DNA of 64,000 bases from contig NC_043000.1 of NCBI RefSeq assembly GCF_006345805.1, positions 310,001 to 374,000 on the forward strand. The letters are read 5' to 3'. Position 1 is the stretch's first letter; each line of letters starts with the position of its first letter. Below are positions 21,908-36,003 of this stretch, in pieces. The notes beneath the pieces are model-generated. The model saw only the letters and a list, made by a program, of their open reading frames with translations. It was not told the DNA's origin and made no database searches. This stretch comes from Octopus sinensis. Its lineage: Eukaryota. A program made the translations under genes and the position numbers.

Positions 21908-23330
21908 ATTGGGACGACGAGATGAAAATGCGCTTAATTTAAAGGAGACTGGCGGCAACAGAACATGAGCGCTACAGTAATTATGCACTCCCCCAAAAAA
22001 CCTTCGGGCATAAAATTTAATGACACAATAGATATATTGTGTAAAATTTTCAGTGAAAAAAGCTAATTGCTCAACACACGTTGGAAGTGTCTGAACATAG
22101 AGAAAAACAACGACGAGGACTACATTATTTATGCTGGTAGATTAAACAAAGAATGCGAGAAATTTAAGCCGGATGAATTAACGCCAGATATGTTCAAATG
22201 CCTGGTTTTTACACAGGGACTAACTGCAGAAACAGACGCAGAAGTAAGAACTAGAATTCTCGCTAAGCTGGAAGAAAACCAGGATGTAACTCTACAACAA
22301 GTGTCAGAAGAATGTGAAAGGGTAGTCAAATTAAGACACGATACAGAGGAAATTGAACAGAGAGATTGTTTCCAAGTGAAACAAGTGCAAAATAATCAGG
22401 AAATAAACCCATGTTTTGTTTGTAGAGGTATACATCTGAGGAAAAATTGTCCATTTAAGAAAGTGGAGTGCATTCGTTATGGTAATAACGGACATATAAA
22501 AACGCTCTATAGAACGAAGATGATAAAACGTCAGGACAAAGGAAAAAGAATAAATGGTATGTCATCGGAAGAAATTGGTAATAAAATTTTGAGAAAATTC
22601 GTGAAAGAGAAAATAGAAATACAAGTGTTAAAATGCAATAGGACAATGGTTGTGACATCACCATTATAAACGAAAAAACTTGGAAATACGTAGGTAAGCC
22701 GAAATTAATTAAATCGTAAAAGGTAGCACATGGTGTCACGGGGAAAAAGATTATATTTTTCGGTGAATTCGTATGTAGTGTAACATTTCTAAGTCAAACG
22801 GAAAAGCTAAAGATATATGTGTTAAAAAGTTCATTTAATTTAGTCGGTACAGTGTGGATGGAAATATTCAAAGTGTAGAAAACGCCCGTAAGTGTTTTGT
22901 GTGGAAATATAGTCGATTCACTTGAAGGTTCGAATGCAATTGAGACTGGAACAAAAAAAATTCACTAAAACAGAGTGGAGCACCTGTATGTATACCAAAA
23001 TAGAATGAAAAATTGCCCACGATAAAAAAAAATAAACATTGTTCAAAAGTAGATGTTCCGTGGTCGAAACTACACATCGATTTTACTGTTCTTTAAACAG
23101 TTCATACCACTTGGAGGTAGGTGATGCTTTCTTAAAATGGCCTGAAATTAGTAACTGCAGAAAAAAACCAAACAATCTCCTCAACAGTGATAAATTTTTT
23201 ACACGAATTGTTGGCTAGATTTGACATCCCAGACAAGATAGTGTCTGACAATGGAATGATATTTGTGTTTAGCGAATTAAAAAATAATTTGTGAAACATA
23301 CGCAGTGGAACATATAACTACATTTGAACA
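21908..23330 (+). pseudogene. Ty3/Gypsy gag 3' part, protease and integrase remnants (RT/RNase H absent)
   Basis: RWKCLNIEK..EDY..YAGRLNKECEKF..FKCLVFTQGL..RTRILAKLE; knuckle CFVCRGIHLRKNC; protease MQ*DNGCDITIINEKTW; integrase PWSKLHIDF..DAF.KWPEI..ARF.IPDKIVSDNG. Confidence 0.85.
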
Positions 23331-23862
23331 TACTACTTTTGAAGGTATCGACGAGGTGTTCTGCCTGTCTATTAGATCTGGGATGGTAAGCAGTGTTCAA
23401 CTGGTACTTATTTTATCAACTCCGAAAGGATAAAAGACGTAGGCTCGGCAGTAATACTACCAAAGTCTGAAGGCGGGCAGAATGCTTAGCGGTATTTCGT
23501 CCGTCCTTACGTTCTGAGGTGAAATTCCGCTGAGGTCGGCTTTGCCTTTCATCCTTTCGGTGTCGATAAAATAAGAATCATTAAAGGACTGAAGTCAATT
23601 TAATTGCTGGTCTTCTGCCAAAGTGTGAAACCAATATAACTAATGTTTTGTGTCATTTCAAAATTGCATGTCAGTTTATTTGGTTAGCTTCTGTTTTCTG
23701 CTAATAGAAATTAAAAAACGAAATATTTTTCTCCTATTATTGCAAAAATGGATATTTTAGATCCACTGAGTTTTAACAAATTTTTGACACCAAATAATAT
23801 GTAAATGCCTAAGTGTAGTTAGCAGTTTTTGTGTGGTTTTAAATAGCTAATATGTGTCTTCC

Positions 23863-24247
23863 GTGGAGGCGCAATGGCCCAGTGGTTAGGGCAGCGGACT
23901 CGCGGTCATAGGATCGCGGTTTCGATTCCCAGACCGGGCGTTGTGAGTGTTTATTGAGCGAAAACACCTAAGAGCTCCACGAGGCTCCGGCAGGGGATGG
24001 TGGTGATCCCTGCTGTACTCTTTCACCATAACTTTCTCTCACTCTTACTTCCTGTTTCTGTTGTACCTGTATTTCAAAGGGCCGGCCTTGTCACTCTCTG
24101 TGTCACGCTGAATATCCCCGAGAACTACGTTAAGGGTACACGTGTCTGTGGAGTGCTCAGCCACTTACACGTTAATTTCACGAGCAGGCTGTTCCGTTGA
24201 TTCGGATCAACCGGAACCCTCGTCGTCGTAACCGACGGAGTGCTTCC
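23863..24247 (+). mobile_element. SINE family A, tail type 2, with 11-bp TSD
   Basis: TSD ATGTGTCTTCC at 23852-23862 and 24248-24258. Confidence 0.9.
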
Positions 24248-24377
24248 ATGTGTCTTCCACGCTGTGTTTGTTTTAGTCTCAAAACACGGTTGCAAATCAA
24301 ATCACTCGCTAGACAAGTCCATGACTGAAAATTTCTTGTATGTCCTTGTGGAACGCTTTGAAAGTTTAGAAGAACGG

Positions 24378-24667
24378 TAGGCATGGCTCTGCAGTAACCC
24401 CAACATGGCTTCGAGTTGAATCCTACTGCTTGGCAACTTGGGTAAATGTTTCCTATCATAGCCTCGGACCGACCGAATCCTTGTGAGTGGATTTGGTAGA
24501 CGGAAACTGAAAGAAGCATATCGTGTGTGTGTGTGTCCCCCAATCACCACTTGACAACTGCGTTGATGTATTTACGTCAACGTTAGCAATTCTGCAAAAT
24601 GATCCGATAGAAAAAAAAGTATTGGAGACAATTGGCTGCAGTCTGATGACTGAAACAAGTAAAAGAT
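24378..24667 (+). mobile_element. Degenerate SINE family B
   Basis: CAACTTGGGTAAATG..GTGAGTGGATTTGGTAGACGGAAACTGAAAGAAGC..GACTGAAACAAGTAAAAGA. Confidence 0.75.
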
Positions 24668-25718
24668 GAAAATATAAAAGATATATCCATAGACACGCTT
24701 ATTTCCAATAACTGGAATCTTTGTTTCTGATAAGTTCTTCACTTTTATCTGTAATCCTCTATGGAACCACATGTATAGTCAAAACATTCGTTCATAGGAT
24801 CTACAAAACAAAGCATGTTTTTGTCCCTAATTTAAATCCCTATCTCAGTTTCTTTAAATCCAAACACTCCAAATATCTGTTTACAAAAAGACAAAATTTC
24901 GTCCGTCCCAAAAGTTTCATATAGCATTCTTGTAAATAGATAACGCTAACAATCAACTGGACACCGATATAATGCGACTACTCTCCATCCCTGGTCATTA
25001 TTCATTAAGGGGTCAGTTCCCTACATGTGGCCCTTGTCATCTGTGCTTGTCTGTTTACTTTGCGCAGTCGGAGTTTTGGGATTATTCTAAGGGGTTATTT
25101 GTTTAAATAAGATTCAAGCAATTCCGTTTCGTTAGTTGTGGCTCTTCCCGTGTCTCTGAATCTATAAATACGATATATAGAGACGATCTGATAAACAGGT
25201 ATTTAGGGAAATAAACAAAAGGTTAACGACTGATATATAAATTGATTAATACGGTTTCATTTCCTAACTGAAGCCACTTCACTTATTCAACTGATGTTCT
25301 GAACAAAAGTAAGGCAGCTACAGCATCGTATATCCATTACGCTAAGCTTAAGAACTCCTTTTCTTTTCAAACAGCTATGTACCGTATTTGATGGCATATA
25401 AGATCCATTTTTACCGAAAATATATCTCAAAAGAATTACCTCAGGTCCGATATGCGAAGCTGGGCTTATAGTAGATGCTTTAATACAATAAAAACTTTTT
25501 TCCTGAATATACGCAGTTGGAATTGGTATGCGTCTAATACTCCCGTACGTCTTTTATGTTATCAAATTCAGTATATATTCGTTGCGAATATGAATGAGGT
25601 ATCTACGGCAATAAAGTGTTACGCACCGCACCGCACACTTACATTTAAAGGTAAGATCCAAGGATCCAGTTGTAGGAAGTTAGTAAGCTACGACCTATGG
25701 AGTACCACGATAAGCAGA

Positions 25719-26020
25719 TCTTTATATATAAAACTGTAGTTGTGTGAGTGTCTGTCTCCTACGATTTAGATTCCTAACTACTCCCACATTTTGCGATGCA
25801 GTTTAACCAAAACCGGGTATCTTATAGTCGTGATTCATATCGAGCCCTTCTGGGTATTAGCGCGCGTCTACGATGGGTCTACGATTTAAAAAAAAATTAC
25901 CATCATTTTTTCCCATTTTTAATGCATTTTTTTGCTATCATATAAGGGAAGTAACTCTCTAAAAATGCTTATATAGTTATTTCCCTTACAAACCCGAGCA
26001 ACGCCGGGCGATACTGCTAG
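25719..26020 (+). mobile_element. Complete non-autonomous Helitron (302 bp)
   Basis: A|TCTTTATATATAAAACTGTAG...GCAACGCCGGGCGATACTGCTAG|T, no TSD. Confidence 0.9.
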
Positions 26021-26192
26021 TAAATAATTACAGGCAAATGAATGATAACGAACCTTCAACTGAATAATCGCCCCTTATTATACATTTGATTATAATACAC
26101 CAAAGGGATTTACAACTTGTCGGATACCCTAAAGCAGAAGTTCTCAAACTTTTTGGGGCCACCGTCCCCCCCCCTCATGACCACATAATACC

Positions 26193-26427
26193 TATTTCTT
26201 TACTACCCACAAGGGGCTAAACATAGAGAGGACAAACAAGGACAGACAAACGGATTAAGTCGATTACATTGACCCCAGTGCGTAACGGGTACTTAATTTA
26301 TCGACCCCGAAAGGATGAAAGGCAAAGTCGACCTCGGCGGAATTTGAACTCAGAACGTAACGGCAGACGAAATTCGGTTACGCATTTCGCCCGGCGTGCT
26401 AACGATTCTGCCAGCACGCCGCCTTCA
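26193..26427 (-). mobile_element. SINE family C with 16-bp TSD
   Basis: TSD ATGACCACATAATACC at 26177-26192 and 26428-26443. Confidence 0.9.
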
Positions 26428-26554
26428 ATGACCACATAATACCCTCAGCGCCCCACCCCTATCTTTATGTATAAATAAATATTTTATATTTTACTATGTA
26501 TTTTACTAATTTATATATACTATGAACCATTTGTTATTTAATATAGTATTATAT

Positions 26555-26865
26555 GTGGAGGCGCAATGGCCCAGTGGTTAGGGCAGCGGACTCGCGGCCG
26601 TAGGATCGTGCTTTCGATTCCCAGACCGGGTGTTGTGAGTGTTTATTGAGCGAAAACACCTAAAGTTCCCCGATGCTCTGGCAGGGGGTGGCGGCGATCC
26701 CTGATGTACTCTTTCGCCACAACTTTCTCTCACTCTTTCTTCTGTTGGCCTGCTCGCTTAGCCAGCGGGGTGGCGTCATTTGAAGGCTAAAACAATGCGA
26801 AGCGCATTGTGACCAGCGATGTGTAGCAGCATCTGATAGCCTGGTCGGTCACGTGATCACGTGAT
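26555..26865 (+). mobile_element. SINE family A, tail type 1
   Basis: Matches 608-920. Confidence 0.85.
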
Positions 26866-27918
26866 AATGTTATATAATTTGTATACACACACACACACAG
26901 ATAGATACATACAGGAACTGACATATTCATAGTTACACACACAGACACACACACATAATAAATTCATAGCGTCCCCCAATTCACTGCCTTCCTCCTAACG
27001 CCTCCTTTTTCTCTGTCGCCCCCTACCGCCTCCTTAGGCACTGGCGCCCACCTGGACCGTCTCGACGTCCGATGGGGTGCGGTAGCACCCACTTTGAGAA
27101 CCTATTCCTTAGACTGTACTACCAGCGTAAATTCAACGTAACGCGTGCTTTGGATCAGCCCCTAGGATCTAAATACTCATAGGGTTGGTTTCTCTGTGTG
27201 CACAACGGGTACATCCTATTTGATACTTATCAACCATAGGCCGGAACCAGAGGTTTATCCAACCCTACCTGGTGTATATCTTTTCACATATTCATTCTGT
27301 CTGAATCCTTATTTTATTATATTAGCTGACGTACCCGGTAATTTGAAGTCAGTTATGTAATAACTTGAAATTGGTTACCCGATTGTAAGAGTTCAAATAA
27401 AGTAGCCCCGAAAAAGGATTTTATGCGTTCCCAGAGTATATAGAACTTAGGAGGTAATACTAATAAGGTATGTATGCTAAAATCGGGAAGTATGTTAAGC
27501 AATAACAGGCTAATCAGATATGAGATAATAACAATTCAAAGTAAATAACTTTGAAAAGGGCTTTTGTGTGTTCCCAGAGAATATTACCCTCAGAAGCACT
27601 AGTGTTGAGATATTCGTGAATAAGTCAGTAACTGAAATAAGTGGATCTCTTGTTTAGGAAAATGTTATTTACTTGTTTAAGGGTTGTACTGGATAAATTG
27701 CGAAAATAACTCTAACAGTTCAAATACTATGAAATAAGCATACTCAATTTGATTTATACCAAATAATTTAGGAAAATGAAGGGGTTGTTTCTCTTGGCTA
27801 TATATAAGGATCACTTGCAGGGGCCTATAATCGATTTTCTTCAACAATCTGTGTATGCCATGAGGTTTCCAGACACCAGTTCTACTCATGTCAAGTTTCA
27901 CATCAAAACACACGCACG

Positions 27919-27972
<54 letters not shown>

Positions 27973-28001
27973 TACATACAAGAACTGACATACTCATAGT
28001 T

Positions 28002-28032
<31 letters not shown>

Positions 28033-28650
28033 ATCTATCTAGCTATCTGAACAGATAGATAGATAGATAGATAGATTGACAGATAAGGAGAATTTGAAAA
28101 TCTAAGAAAAGAATTAACTAGAAACCACTTCAAGAGTAGATTAATGCCTATGTACAAATACAAGTAAAACAAACAGTATAACAAAAAAAACTTTGAAATA
28201 AACACAAAATAACGAATGTATGTGTGTGTGTGTGCATAGATTGATAGATAAATAGATAGATGGATAATACATACATACATAGATACATACATACACACAC
28301 ACACACACACCCATACAATATATCAATTCGTCGTAAATGAAGCAAGAAGTAAGAAAATAGGAGTTTAGAGTTTGGTAAATGACGTAGAAGAATTGCTATG
28401 GATACCTGAGATAGCTACTAATTGGCAAGCACGAGTGGAATTCCATAATGCTAACAAGATGTTCATTCTTGATATGCCTTCTTGCGTGATGGTTGCCCTT
28501 TTTTGATGGACGGTTCAAACAACTCGTTAAGACCGACATAGTGCGAGATTTTTTTTAAAGTCAAGACCTCAGATATTTCACTTAACTTTTCTGCCCTCTT
28601 CTATCACTTCGCCCTTTGTTTTTCCTATTTTATTTAGTTACTTATCTTTG

Positions 28651-28682
<32 letters not shown>

Positions 28683-29215
28683 TATATATACTTATCTCGT
28701 TACTTATCTACACATATATCTTATCTATCTATCTACCTATCTATCTGTTTTTTCTCTCTAACTACTTATCTATCTATCCATCCATCATCACTCTATATAT
28801 CTACTTTTAGCATTGTATACACACGCACACACACACAGAGTTTACTATCTATCTTTCGAATTGATTATCTAATTTCCAAGTCAGACACACACAGGGCAAG
28901 ACAGATAGACAGATAGATAGATAGATAGATAGATAAGAATGTGGGTAGACAGAATGTAAGCTTAATAGATAAGGTGGTTATGTTGAATGAACCACTGCCT
29001 AAATACAAGCATGTAATAGATTTTCAACAGGATTCCGAGGCCAAATTCAATTTAAACGGAATCCGTCTTTTGAGCAAATAAGAACTGAGAATTCGTACTA
29101 GAGCAATTCATATTAAATGGAATGAGTAAATTTTTGATGTTTAATTATTTGGTGTTCAGTTAAACAGGAATCCTGGTTTAACTCTCTCTTCGAGACCAGA
29201 TCAGAATTTCGGTTA

Positions 29216-29730
29216 CCGTAAATCCTCGAGTATAATCCGCATTTTTTTCCAAAAATTTAAAGGTCAAAATCCCTAGTGCGTACTATATACGAGGTTAAAA
29301 ATGAAAAATATTTTCTAAGCAATGTCCGAGTCTCTATTTGCTGTCCGGCAATGTTTATTCAGACGCATTTTGTGATGTCGGGCGCGAAAATATCTTAAGC
29401 TAAGCCTGAAAGCAATGAAGTCATAAAAGAATCATCTATAACTTGTAGTAAGCAACATTTATTAAAATAAAAGTATTCAGAATAAGATATAACAAAAACA
29501 ATTTGCAAGCATATTTACATTCCCATATAACAGTTAAGAACATTACCATTATTGTATTACGCATGCGCAGATGTGTTTGTTTGACTAGCTGCTGCTGGCT
29601 TAATTACGCACCACTCAAGTTAGAGAAGTGGTGCGTACTATACACAAGGTTTAGGTTTTTCAGAGGTACAGCCCCCTGAAAATCCCCTGCGTATTATACT
29701 CAAGGGCGGACTATACTCGAGGATTTACGG
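29216..29730. mobile_element. pogo/Tigger-type MITE, 515 bp
   Basis: TA|CCGTAAATCCTCGAGTATAATCCGC...GCGGACTATACTCGAGGATTTACGG|TA. Confidence 0.85.
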
Positions 29731-32079
29731 TAATCATTTTTTAAATTAATGAGGATTTATATAATGAAGGGAGTAATAATAATAAAAAAATAAATGGAAC
29801 TAATTATGCGGCGAGAACAGCACTTATTTCAGTCTTTGGACTACTGCTATGCTGGGACGCCGACTTGAGGGGTTTAGTCGAACATGTCAATCCGAGTATA
29901 TATTTTGAGGGCATCGTCGACAATGCCTAGCAAAGCAGGTAGCTTCAAATTTTTTCTCCTACCTAAGTTTAAACGCATATGTTGAAAGCAGGTTTTTTCA
30001 TGGTCTAATCGTAGTAATCGATCTATTCAACAATAACAAAATGTTAAAAGAACTGTTGTGAACCTTTAAAATCCATTTCTGCTCTTATTTCACACAAATG
30101 TCATACCTGGAACCATACCCATGCTGGATCTATAACATGCATTGGATCATATATATATAAATATATATATATGTGTGTGTATGTGTGTGTGTATGTGTGT
30201 GTGTATGCATGTATGTATGTATATATGTAAGAAAACATTATTATTCCTAAAAATAACAATGTTAGTTGCCGCTAGCGTAAAAGCCGTATAGGCAAAATTA
30301 ATAATTATACATAAGATATATAAATAAATCTATACATAGTAGGGTAATACATAAGCACCTGCTTCACTAAAAATAGACGTCAAAATACTTCTAAGCCACA
30401 GAAAAATCACTAAATTAATAGAGACATGAGAGGAGAAAAAATGCTAGTGATTAAGAATAGTGCCTTACCTCTGCGAAGGATGCAGAAGAATGTCAGTTAA
30501 TCTGATATCATGATTTCGAATTTAACGGCACGCCAGCTAAACTAAGTTGTACTGTCTATTAGTCGTAAGACACCCGCTGTTTTTGTCCTGTTTTTACTAT
30601 TATTGTTTTTTGCATTTTATATTCGTGTGGCATCGTCCGTTTTTCTGTCCCTGTTTCGTATACATTCGATCCTTTTTCCAAGAAATCTAATGCTCGTAGC
30701 TTAGTTTTTGCTTGGGGCTGGCCGGATCGGAGCGATCTCAAGATTAATCAGCTGAAATTGCTAGGATGATCCGGTTCTTGACTGAAGATTGAAGGCTTCG
30801 AATGTCCCGTCCGTGTTTTTTGTATCGTCTTCTAAATGTTTTACGTTCTTGTCCCAGTTTGTATTTTTCTACATATAATATATATATATATATATACAAA
30901 TTGAGATAGGGGTTGTAAATGCAACCCTCCATGGGATAACATATATCCAATATACTGCTAGTGAAGTACCCAACAAAGTTAATACATAAATGTTATGGAT
31001 TGCGATGCAATCAATTCATTTACTGTATTATATGGACAAAGGTAAAATTATATATATATATATATTTAATTAAGGGTTTAGCAACAAGTTGCTTCACCAC
31101 ATACCGAAAATTTAGAAATAGCAGCCAAAAGACAGCTAATTCTTTTAACTACAAATATGACTCCACAGACAATTAATAAATTAAATTAAATTAATAATTC
31201 TTTACCCTATATCTGTAATGATTATATATGTATATATATATATAATATATATATATATATATAGACGAGAGAGAGTGGCTGAAAAATACCTGCCTTTGGG
31301 TAAAAGAAAATGTAGGGGGGATCATTTAATTATGATTTTATTCCACATTATCCCCTCTCGGATTCCCACACTTATTGCAGCGCTCCTTCGGTTTTTCTAA
31401 GCTCCGTAGAATTCGAAATGTTGGGCCTCTAACAAGGCCTTTCGCGAAACCCTTGAAGCCTGAAGCATTTTGCCATCCCCTCGTATATATACGACTGGAT
31501 TCCACACAATTTCCGTTTACCAACTTCGTTCACAAACCATTGGTCGGCACTGGGCTACAGTAGAAGACTGAACCCGAATACACATCGTTGCAAAGCAAGC
31601 TTCGTAACCTCACAGATATACCTGCATATGAATTAACAGTAGTTGGCAAAAATGAAACAAATAGTCATTGGTTAAATTATATTTTTCTCTTTGTATAATT
31701 ATATTAAACGAGTATAACAGTCCCCTTCCAATGGACGATGCTGAGTTGTCAAACATTTAAACCAAATTTTCTCAAAACAATTTGACCGACCGTCCCATAG
31801 GCCTCCCCTTTGAGAAACACTGATTTAACCTAAATTTCAGACACCAGCAAAAGAAGAAATAAAGATAGACATTTTTTTCTATTCCAAAGAAAATCGATTT
31901 TATTCACACAAATATGCAACCGAAGAGTTTAAAGTACCAATAATGATAAGGCTGTTGACTGGGAGAACACAAACATGGTTTAAACAGTAAGCTTGGCAGG
32001 AAAGAAAAGTGTCTTTAAGCGGTACAAAAACAACAAAAAATGGAAGGTGCAGTTAGGTACAGGCTGATGGAAGAAAAGC

Positions 32080-32263
32080 AGGACAAAAACGGCTTTATCG
32101 ATCGCATTCTCGCCTGGAATCGATTTTTGTAATTTTTTCAAGAATTATACACGCCCTGATACCGTCGGTATCTACATATCAAATTTGAGCGCATCGGTCG
32201 GAGGATACCCTAGACCCTAGAAGACACACACTCAGACAGACAGAACGGATTTTATATAATAGA
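32080..32263 (-). mobile_element. Helitron-like 5' end fragment (different family)
   Basis: Minus strand ATCTATTATATAAAATCCGTTCTGTCTGTCTG; no 3' CTAG found. Confidence 0.4.
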
Positions 32264-33369
32264 TATTCTCCCTGCATCAAATATATAGGCTTCAAATTTT
32301 CGCACGTAACCAGAAATTTAGGGGGATTATTAAGTCGATTATGTTGACGCCAGTAAAAAACTGGTACTGAACATCGCTGTTTAAACAAATAATAAACCTA
32401 AAATACTTAAAATATAGGGGTGCCATGATATCGAAACTTCAGTCTGTATTTCATCTCCTGGAAACAACATTCATTTTTTTAAAGCTTCTCTTCTTATATT
32501 CCATATATCCAGTCCTTTTATCCTTCTGACCCCGCTTCCCGTATTTTCTGTCTCCTCCTAAACCTGCGCCCCCTTTTTCTCTGTTTCTTTTATTTATTTA
32601 TTTTTTGTTTCAGTCTCTCTGTTTTGTGTCTGTACCGCCTACTTACCGTTTTCTTCTTCTTCTTCTTTCCTTCAGCTTTCTTTTCCTTTCCCCTTCCTTT
32701 ATTTTTCTTACGTTTTTTTTTCTTCTCCATCTCCGGTTTCGTTTCTGAAGCCGGGGAAATTTCTTTTCTTTCTAGACAGATCAATGAAACCCCACCTCCT
32801 CTCCCACTTTTCGGCCATCATCCTGTAACTACAGCCACCTCTGACCGATGACAACAACACAGTAGGTGGCTGGGCGGCGGCTGGCGACATAACACATTAT
32901 CTGTCTGCTTTCAATGGCTTACTTGACCAAATATTCGACGGAAATTCTGTCTGAACATTTGGCAACGTCTGCAATATCTATCAACAACCAACAAGTCTTC
33001 CAATGATTTGTGTTTCGTTTTATATTTTATAACAAGAATGTACGGACCTTCTTAAGTTCGACAGTGATTAATGTATTTATCAAATCTAAACGTTTCGTAG
33101 GGGGTTAATCGGTTTGTCACTGAGAAGTAACAGAAACAAATAGCTGGAGGATATCTTTGTTACATACACGCAGCTGTATTGGGTATCCCAACTAAACTAC
33201 TATTGAAGGGGCAAATAATATATGGAATCACAGAAGGGCTGTCGACAGAGAAAGTCTAACCTCATGAAAAAGTCAAACACTGTACAAAGGCCACCAATGA
33301 ATCTTACTTAGTAAGCACCTTTGGTAGGCCAGTTATTGCGGTATTCATCCTGAGATAAAAAGCGTGACC

Positions 33370-33727
33370 GTGTGATAAGAAATTTGTTTTCCTAACCGCA
33401 TGATTCCGGGTTCAGTCTCAGGTTGTGACACCTTGGGCAAGTGTCTTCTACAATCGCCTCAGGATCACCAAAGCCGGAAACCGAAAGAGACACATCGTAT
33501 AAGTGTATGTGTGTGTGTGTGTATGTGTGTGTGTGTTTGTATGTATGTATGTATGTATATACACGCGCGCGCGTATGTGTTAGTTTATGTGTTTGTCTCG
33601 ACAACTGGTGTCGATGTGTTTACATCCAGGCAAAAGAGAACAGAAGAATAAGTACCAGAAAAAAGTTCTTCAAGGGGCTGCCCCAGCATGGCCTCTGACA
33701 AATGACTGAAACAAGTGAAAGATAAAA
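33370..33727 (+). mobile_element. SINE family B
   Basis: CCTTGGGCAAGTGTCTTCTAC, internal (TG)n, tail GACTGAAACAAGTGAAAGA. Confidence 0.8.
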
Positions 33728-34084
33728 GATCGATCACAGACGTGCTGTGCTAAAACAAAAACAAACAAAAACAGACAATAAATATCGGAGAGAGAAGAAC
33801 AATCTTCCCACCAACAACGAGAACACTAGGATGCATTTCGACTTTTTGTGGCCTTTCCAATGCTGTGTAGTCACAACCAGCTACACGATTACGACTCGAC
33901 GCCTTCGCTGTGGCGGCTATTATCCACGCGGCTGAATAAAAATCCCGTATGATATATAGATGGCTCTTTTTATTCAGTCGAATCCAGACCATTGTTATTT
34001 CAGGTTAAATATTGTAGTAACTGGCCTATCGACAGTGTGAACACATTAAGTATAATACATAGATGGCTACTTTAATCTAATACA

Positions 34085-34684
34085 TTTTTTTTCTACTCTA
34101 GGCACAAGACCCGAAATTTTTGGGGAGAGGCTGGTCGATTAGATCGACTCCAGTACGCAAGTGGTACTTAATTTATCGACTCCGAAAGGATGAAAGGCAA
34201 AGTCGACCTCGGCGGAATTTGAACTCAGAACATAAAGACAGACGAAATACCTATTTCTTTACTACCCACAAGGGGCTACACAAAGAGAGGACAAACAAGG
34301 AAAGACAAACATAGAGTGGACAAACAAGGACATAAAAACGGAGTAAGTCGATTACATCGACCCCAGTGCGTTACTGGTACTTATTTAATCGACACCGAAA
34401 GGATGAAAGGCAAAGTCGACCTCGGTGGAATTTGAACTCAGAACGTAGCGGCAGACGAAATACCTATTTCTTTACTACCCTCAAGGGGCTAAACACAGAG
34501 GGGACAAACAAGGACAAACAGACGGATTAAGTCGATTATATCGACCCCAGTGCGTAACTGGTACTTAATTCATCGACTCCGAAAGGATGAAAGGCAAATT
34601 TGACCTCGGCGAAATTTGAACCCTAAACGTAACCGATAAGGATTTCGCCCGGGGTGCTAACGTTTCTGCCAGCTCACCGCCTTA
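34085..34684 (-). repeat. Trimer of SINE family C
   Basis: GAAATACCTATTTC junctions at ~34244 and ~34457. Confidence 0.9.
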
Positions 34685-34866
34685 TATATATATATATTAA
34701 TTGTTATCGCCATATTAATATGGCAGTCTTATAGAAATAAGACTAAAAGCTGTCGCTGATTAGCTCCATGAGGCCATCGCCTTAAGATAGCTATTTGACA
34801 CACAAACTGTGTCCATTATAACCTTCGAACAAGGGAGGTCAGCCGCTTCACACTGCCAGTCAGACA

Positions 34867-34909
34867 GCTACAGACGCGTTTCAGGGTATTTGCCCTTTGT
34901 CAATGTAGC
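34867..34909 (-). ncRNA. Candidate minimal type I hammerhead ribozyme, U3-A8 variant
   Basis: GCTACA-TTGACAA-AGGG-CAAATA-CCCT-GAA-ACGCGT-C/TGTAGC: 6-bp stem I, 4-bp stem II, palindromic stem III, GUC site. Confidence 0.7.
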
Positions 34910-34960
34910 GTAGTCGACCCAGCAGGTGTCGCCACTGATCGTCTCTGTTCGAAGGTTTTA

Positions 34961-36003
34961 TTTTCGTTCTCGTCCTGTTCCACGTCTCTGTTTTCTGTTG
35001 TAAAAAAATGGCTTTCCCGTTTTCGTTTCTGTTGAGTTCTACGTCCTTTTGTGGTGTCCTGTACCTATATATATTTATATATGCATGTATATATACATGT
35101 AGATGTAGGTACGTACATATATGTTTGTATGTATGCATATATTTTATTTATTACACTATTGTCTGACAGCGCTTCGCGTCGGGTTCGTTCGATTCTTCGC
35201 TTCGTTCCGTTTCTTATCCTTCCAGTATTGTTTTATAATATAATTAAGACGCGAAATTCTCTCCCTTTGCTTTACATTCCCCTCTCTCTCTCTCCCTCTT
35301 CCTCATCTCTCTCTCAGCTGCGTGTCTTCCTTTATCTATCTATCTCTCTCTCTCACTCCTCCTCACTTTCGTCACTGCTAATCCTTTTGCACGTTGCTTT
35401 CAGGCCGTAAGGTCATGTTTCCATGCGCCCGCCAGTTCCTCTTCCGTCCCAGCCAGAACAAAGGCCTATCGTTTGTTTTTCCCGTTTGTTTTCTTGCTTT
35501 TTTTTTTGATTTCTCGTATTGTATTTTATTTCTCGTTTTGTATTTTCTTGTACATGTATTTTTATCTTGTATTTTATTGTGCAATTCTATTGTTACGTCC
35601 CGTTTGTGTTACATTTTTTCTTGCTTGTTTTACCCCTCTGCGAGGTTATTTTATTTTAATTCTCTCGCAGGAAGCCCTAGTATTGACGAGTCGTGTCCTG
35701 TCTTGCCTTCGAAACACGCTAAGTCTACTAGTGACAGCTGATGAAGGGAATTTTCCTTGTGTAGTATGTCCTGTACGTTGTTTTTCTGTTGTAAATAATG
35801 TTGTTCCCGTTTTCGTTCTCGTCCTGTTCTACGTCTCTGTCTTCCTGTTGTAAAAAAATGGCTTTTCCGTTTTCGTTTCTGTTGAGTTCTACGTCTTTTT
35901 GTGGTGTCCTGTACGTATATATATTTATATATGCATGTATATAAACATGTAGATGTAGGTATGTACATATATGTTTGTATGTATGCATATATTTTATTTA
36001 TTA

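Larger units (their letters stand above)
26135..27105. mobile_element. hAT/Charlie-like MITE remnant carrying two SINE insertions
   Basis: CAGAAGTTCTCAAAC...CTTTGAGAACC imperfect TIRs. Confidence 0.5.

Noticed and set aside
23863-23940. tRNA-like sequence
   Set aside because: SINE head continuing into a SINE body with TSD; not a tRNA gene.
30540-30890. CTGAAGA..TTCGAATGTC followed by T-rich tail and (TA)n, possible pLTR hammerhead
   Set aside because: GAAA incomplete and no stem I pairing.
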